Part shown: positions 28,232 through 32,172 of the stretch, in pieces | Position numbering within the stretch: position 1 is the first letter of the stretch | Layout: every line of letters begins with the position of its first letter | Assembly: GCA_031372565.1 (NCBI GenBank) | Contig: JANMLN010000150.1 | Coordinates: forward strand, 1-32,172 | Source: Gemmatimonadota bacterium | Lineage (GTDB): Bacteria > Gemmatimonadota > Gemmatimonadetes > Gemmatimonadales > Gemmatimonadaceae | Reading direction: 5' to 3' | DNA length: 32,172 nt | Program-made: the position numbers and the translations under genes | Notes under the pieces: model-generated | Seen by the model: only the letters and a program-made list of their open reading frames with translations | The model's database searches: none | What the model was told of the DNA's origin: nothing

Positions 28232-28532
28232 GAGGATCCGATCGGGCTGGCGGGGGGGATCAATCCATCTGCGTTTGTCGAGAATGATCCGGTCAGCCTC
28301 ACGGATCCGAGCGGACTGAAGGCTGGCGCCAAGTGCCCCTTCGGCATGAAGCTCGTCGTCTACCCGGACGGAACCTCAGGTTGTGAGCGAGGCGAGGGAT
28401 TCCCGCTACCGACGAGCTACACATTCGGATCGTATGACTGGGGGCGGAGCCACGGAGAGCGAACGATCACCAACCGGCAGGTGGACGGGAGGTCCGAATC
28501 CCGTATTTCTACGCTGCAACGCTATCAAGTGA
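28232..28532 (+). pseudogene. Orphan Rhs junction plus internally deleted toxin tip
   Basis: EDPIGLAGGINPSAFVENDPVSLTDPSGL (end of the Rhs core) then KAGAKCPFG...HGERTI. In another frame it ends SPTGRWTGGPNPVFLRCNAIK*. Confidence 0.85.
28277..28468 (+). repeat. 192-bp direct repeat, copy 1 (Rhs junction + pre-toxin segment)
   Basis: Gap-free match to 29413-29604 with 11 substitutions by hand count. Confidence 0.92.
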
Positions 28533-28541
28533 GGTCGGAAA

Positions 28542-29060
28542 ATGCGCTCGAGGATATGGGTCGCTGCTATCGGTGCAACGGCAATCACCTTCATCATGAC
28601 GCACGGAATCCTCGCATCGCCAGCCCCCGTGGCTCGAGGCCAAGCCACGTCCGACATGCGCACACAGTCGGCCCGTGAGTACCGCCTCGTTAGCTGGGGT
28701 GGGCAGAAGCTCCCGGCAGAGGACTATGCGGACTCAGTCACCCGCGGGAGAGCCCGCGTCGCTTGCAGGCTGATGATGCACGACGCCGTTGCGCGAGTCC
28801 GTGATTCGAGCTGGTTCTTTCACGATAGCACTACTATCGAGTGCTTGGATGGCTCAAAGACGAACACGTCGCAGCGTTCGCGCGGGTTCATCAAGCGACG
28901 AGGTAGCGCCGTCTACTGGTGGATTGACAAGCCGGGGACCTCGGGCGAAGCGTTTCAGGCGTGGACATTTGGTGATACTCTGTACCTCAACGTCATGCCG
29001 GCGCCGCGAGACGGCTGGGCGCTTGTGCGTGTGCGGGATCGTTCTCCGAGCCATCACTAA
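28542..29060 (+). CDS. Secreted beta-rich protein, candidate immunity protein (family A, copy 2)
   Basis: GAGG RBS, signal-peptide-like N-terminus, and YRLVSWGG.LPA.DYADS...DSTTIEC...FQAWTFGDTLYLN shared with 27494-28012. Confidence 0.78.
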   Translation: MRSRIWVAAIGATAITFIMTHGILASPAPVARGQATSDMRTQSAREYRLVSWGGQKLPAEDYADSVTRGRARVACRLMMHDAVARVRDSSWFFHDSTTIECLDGSKTNTSQRSRGFIKRRGSAVYWWIDKPGTSGEAFQAWTFGDTLYLNVMPAPRDGWALVRVRDRSPSHH

Positions 29061-29107
29061 TTGACCCTCTGAGATTGACCCAGAAAACGACGGCGGCGGA
29101 GAACCCT

Positions 29108-29392
29108 ATGCTGACGGTCGTCGATCAGTGGAGTCGCTGGAGTCCGATCGTGGACCCCGAGTTCTCCCTGCGCGGCCGCGACGTGGCAGCGGCCGTGGAC
29201 GCCGCGATCGCGGTCCACGCGAAGCCCGTGTCGGTGACCGTCGATCACGGCACGGAGTTCCCGTCCCGTCCCCTCGAGGACTGGGCGTACAGCCGCGGCG
29301 TAGCGCTCGATTTCACGCGGCCAGGAACGGGCACATCGAATCGTTCAACGGGCGCGTGCGCGACGAGTGTCTCAACGTGCATCAATTCACAG
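29108..29392 (+). mobile_element. IS3-family transposase (rve/DDE core) fragment, frameshifted
   Basis: LTVVDQWSR...TVDHGTEF...DFTRPG, then a shift to NGHIESFNGRVRDECLNVHQF. The usual KP.. residues are missing at the shift. Confidence 0.88.
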
Positions 29393-29412
29393 ATCGCGCC
29401 CATGACCGCGAC

Positions 29413-29604
29413 GTCGAGAATGATCCGGTCAACTTCACGGATCCGAGCGGACTGAAGGCTGGCGCCAAGTGCCCCTTCGGCATGAAGCTCGTCGTCTACC
29501 CGGACGGAACCTCAGGTTGTGAGCGAGGCGAGGGATTCCCGCTACCGACGATCTGGAAATTCGGATCATATTACTGGGGGCGGAGCCACGGTGAACGAAC
29601 CATC
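29413..29604 (+). repeat. 192-bp direct repeat, copy 2
   Basis: Matches 28277-28468 at an offset of 1136 bp. Confidence 0.92.
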
Positions 29605-30060
29605 GGCGCGATCGATCCCATCGTCGACCGAAGCATCGCGCGGTTACGCGACCCTAGCGATGGCGTCGACGTTGAAGCAATGAAGCGCGTGATGGCTTGC
29701 TCCGGGAAAATTCTCGACGCAGGACTTGCCGTTGCTCAAGACGGATTCTTCCTGTTCGGCGCAGCGCCGGCCGCGTGGGCAATGAAAGTCCGCCGTGGCC
29801 TGAACGGCGGAGCGAAACTAGATCGGGTGATGGACGTCTGGAAGGCGTCGTATGTGTCCGCGCAGCTGTTCCCAGGGAGGGCTGGGTTGGCAGGCGCGCG
29901 ATCGCTTGCCGGTTCGTTCTCGCTGAAGGCTGCGTCATCGGCGCTTCAGGGGGCGCTTCCAGAAATTCGGGATCTGATCTTCTCAACGATTCCCGTCGCG
30001 AACTCCTTCTCGGCGATATACGGGGCTGGAAAATGCATTCTCGAGAATGGTGGGATGTAG
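29413..30060 (+). pseudogene. Orphan Rhs C-terminal toxin cassette with an intact ~200-aa tip of unknown family
   Basis: VENDPVNFTDPSGL cleavage motif, then an open Ala/Gly-rich, partly hydrophobic domain ending AGKCILENGGM*. No Rhs body upstream. Confidence 0.85.
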
Positions 30061-30476
30061 ACTGGTCGGTCCGCGTCAGGAGGGGCGTTCATTACGGCGC
30101 AGTATGCGGGGCAAGCTTTGGTCTGGTCATCTGGCTCCTGACCACGCTGCAGGGCGAAAGTAGCGTGATCATCCACGGGATCCGCACGAGCGCGAACACG
30201 CTCGCACTGTCATATCTGACGGCGTGCCCGTTGGCCGGACTCGGAATCGGTCTCGCATGGCCCTTAATGCGCCATAAGTTCGTTGCCGCGTCGGTAGGCA
30301 TCGGTTGCATACTTCCACTGGCGATCGGAGTTGTGTGGTCACTGAAGGGCGGCGGAGAATGGGGCGCACTCGAGTCACGCACGGTTGCCATTGGCTCGGC
30401 CTTCCTCGGCCCAGCGCTCGGATTGGGTGTGAGAAATGCCGCGATGTGGAGCGTTGACGAGCCGCCGGAGGAGTGA
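30033..30476 (+). CDS. ~4-TM membrane protein, candidate immunity protein (family B, copy 1)
   Basis: Overlaps the toxin tip stop and has hydrophobic helices. LSYLTACPLAGLGIGLAWP is similar to 31130-31618. Start uncertain. Confidence 0.7.
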   Translation: MHSREWWDVDWSVRVRRGVHYGAVCGASFGLVIWLLTTLQGESSVIIHGIRTSANTLALSYLTACPLAGLGIGLAWPLMRHKFVAASVGIGCILPLAIGVVWSLKGGGEWGALESRTVAIGSAFLGPALGLGVRNAAMWSVDEPPEE

Positions 30477-30482
30477 GACTGA

Positions 30483-30620
30483 CCACAGTACAACCGGGCA
30501 GGCTCGTGGGCTCGCTCGCCCCCATACAGGCACCTGGGCTTGTTCGAATTAGGGAAAGGAATCGGATTTGGTTTCACCGCCGCGTTCGCTTGTGCAAAAG
30601 GACGCCTTTCCGGACAATGA
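30483..30620 (+). pseudogene. Start-less hydrophobic tail, putative toxin-tip remnant
   Basis: Frame reads ...LGLFELGKGIGFGFTAAFACAKGRLSGQ* and stops 10 nt before a small membrane gene. Confidence 0.45.
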
Positions 30621-30630
30621 GGTGTTACCG

Positions 30631-30846
30631 ATGCCAATTCGTGTGCTCGTTGCTCTGACTTGGCTCGTCGCGATCGTGCTGCTTGTGGCGGCGGGGATTG
30701 CCTTCGACGCCATGCATCTCTCTCGATGGGTCTGGCAACCAGCGATAGTCGTGCTAGGTGTCATGCTGTTCGGGCTTCGAAAACTTGCCGAACTGAATCT
30801 GACCGCCCGGCGTTCTGCCTTTCCTCCCGAAAACAGGCCATCGTAA
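30631..30846 (+). CDS. Small 2-TM membrane protein (71 aa), candidate immunity protein
   Basis: GAGGT RBS. Sequence MPIRVLVALTWLVAIVLLVAAGIAF...WVWQPAIVVLGVMLFGLRK. Confidence 0.65.
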   Translation: MPIRVLVALTWLVAIVLLVAAGIAFDAMHLSRWVWQPAIVVLGVMLFGLRKLAELNLTARRSAFPPENRPS

Positions 30847-30878
30847 CGTCGGAGGGTCCCACCCATGCACTGCCCTGA

Positions 30879-31070
30879 GGACCCAATGCAGACGAAACGA
30901 TATCGGCGTACGAATACGACCCCTGGGGCAACTCGCTGGGGGCGATCGAATATTGGGAGCAGCCGTTCCAGTATGCGGGGCGGGAGAACGACCGTGCGAC
31001 GGGGTTGTACTACTATCGGGCGCGGTACGATGACCCGACGATCAGGCGGTTTGCGAGCGAGGATCCGATC
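30879..31070 (+). pseudogene. Rhs repeat-associated core fragment (not in ORF track)
   Basis: Hand translation ISAYEYDPWGNSLGAIEYWEQPFQYAGRENDRATGLYYYRARYDDPTIRRFASEDPI, truncated at EDPI. Confidence 0.93.
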
Positions 31071-31129
31071 AGCGAGCAGTGCTGTGCATTGCTCGGGCGA
31101 GCAGACCGGGATAGCATAGGAGCCTTCGA

Positions 31130-31618
31130 ATGGAGAACAAGCTGACAGCACAAGTTGGCGAGGGTGGGTTGGCGAGAAGATGGTATGAACCTGCCGTGTT
31201 CGGCGCCGTGATGGGCGTATTGTTCTGTGCACTCGTCGGGTTGCAGTTCGCAATTCTTGGACGCGAAGCCACGGCCAAGCAAATGACCGAGCGCGGGCTT
31301 TCGGTCATCGGCCTTCTACTGTCGTACCTGATTGCCGGGCCCTCAGCCGGGGCCGTGCTCGGCTTGCTTCTTCCTCGTAAGCCAACAAGGACTTCGTGCT
31401 ACTTGGTAACGTCGCTCGCACTCAGCATTGGGTTGTTAGCACCAGCTACTCAGGTGTTCGGCAGCATTTGGAAGTGGAGCACCTTCGAGTTCGTGAGTGT
31501 AGTGATTCTTGCGCTCATTTTTGCGATAGTCGTGACGGAGAATGCTGTTCTGCCGTGGGTACGACATGGCGGCGTGCTCGGTGTAGATGGCAGAGACGAC
31601 AGCAACATCTCACCATGA
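31130..31618 (+). CDS. ~4-TM membrane protein, candidate immunity protein (family B, copy 2)
   Basis: AGGAG RBS. FGAVMGVLF...LSYLIAGPSAGAVLGLLLP...KWSTFE parallels YGAVCGASF...LSYLTACPLAGLGIGLAWP...EWGALE. Confidence 0.75.
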   Translation: MENKLTAQVGEGGLARRWYEPAVFGAVMGVLFCALVGLQFAILGREATAKQMTERGLSVIGLLLSYLIAGPSAGAVLGLLLPRKPTRTSCYLVTSLALSIGLLAPATQVFGSIWKWSTFEFVSVVILALIFAIVVTENAVLPWVRHGGVLGVDGRDDSNISP

Positions 31619-31888
31619 AGTGTTGACCTCCCCCCCGAGGCAACGGTTTCCCCATCCCAGGAACGTCGGGAACTGGGCCCCCGTGGTTCATCGTGGCGCT
31701 TGCGCAATACACGAAACGCGCTACCCGCACGGCTGCCGGCTCCGATTCAACAGCACTGCCTCACGGTCGCCTCGAAGCTCGGCAACACAACGACCGTTCG
31801 TGATCGCACCGGAGCCGACATGCCACCGGCCAGCAAGCGACAGCTCCCCCCGCCCGTTGCCGTAGCCGCCCCGCCGCACGAACTTGAG

Positions 31889-32033
31889 ATGACAGGTCCT
31901 CCCAAGACAGCGATTCTCGAAACGTTACTCACGATAGGAGAGAGCGCCATGGCTGGCCTCGTCCTCTTCGGGATCAACGCGGTCGGTCTTAGTGTCATCG
32001 CTAGGTCTAAGGCTATTCTGCAAGACCCACCTC
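31889..32033 (+). pseudogene. Possible small hydrophobic ORF interrupted by the IS3 element
   Basis: MTGPPKTAILETLLTIGESAMAGLVLFGINAVGLSVIARSK... runs into the putative IS left end. Confidence 0.35.
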
Positions 32034-32172
32034 TGAAGTGGCTCCGGTCTTCTGAACAGCCGGCTATGTAGACAGCAGGGCTCCCCGGGCGTTACATCGC
32101 CCTATCCCCAAGGAGCACCCCATGTCCCGTCGTCCCCGTCGCAATCACGCCCCCGCCTTCAAGGCCAAGGTC
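32034..32172 (+). mobile_element. Left end of an IS3-family element (OrfA starts at 32122 and runs off the window)
   Basis: TG-initial IR-like sequence TGAAGTGGCTCCGGTCTTCTGAACAG, AAGGAG RBS, and MSRRPRRNHAPAFKAKV typical of IS3 OrfA. Confidence 0.85.

Noticed and set aside
28346..28678. 110-aa ORF as a real gene
   Set aside because: It starts inside the Rhs tip, crosses the deletion junction and runs out of frame over the next gene.
28277..29604. Repeat pair as a diversity-generating retroelement TR/VR
   Set aside because: The 11 mismatches are not confined to adenines in either copy, and there is no reverse transcriptase in the window.
29128..30060. 310-aa ORF as a genuine transposase-toxin fusion gene
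   Set aside because: It is a chance in-frame join of out-of-frame IS sequence, a short IS3 piece and the Rhs cassette, with no credible start.
1..32172. CRISPR array, rRNA or tRNA genes
   Set aside because: No regularly spaced repeats or recognisable rRNA/tRNA sequence were seen by eye.

Overview
High-GC bacterial chromosome segment spanning the replication origin. The lineage is probably Gemmatimonadota, inferred from gene content and the MGKPTY-type L34, and not verified. Bases 1-27.2 kb are mostly housekeeping: a partial SIMPL gene, a perfect parS site before parA-parB, a BMP/nucleoside-type ABC operon with an embedded Nif3/YbgI gene, an MFS transporter, a sigma54-type pilin, polA, a cold-shock protein, a GWxTD lipoprotein, a Ser/Thr kinase, a histidine kinase with an AraC-type regulator, RNase P RNA, dnaN-oriC-dnaA, rpmH-rnpA-yidD-yidC, a DUF2268-like metalloprotease and upp. 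From about 27.3 kb to the end lies a less GC-rich accessory tract: a decayed array of orphan Rhs C-terminal toxin tips, each followed by a candidate immunity gene, interleaved with IS3 pieces. It holds two paralogous immunity families and toxin tails that end in a near-terminal Cys; I recognise none of these families. Other notable signals are a recurrent (C/G)TAAGT-N15-ACTTA(C/G)-like dyad in and around oriC, an rnpA whose conserved N-terminus lacks a canonical start codon, and several apparently leaderless genes.
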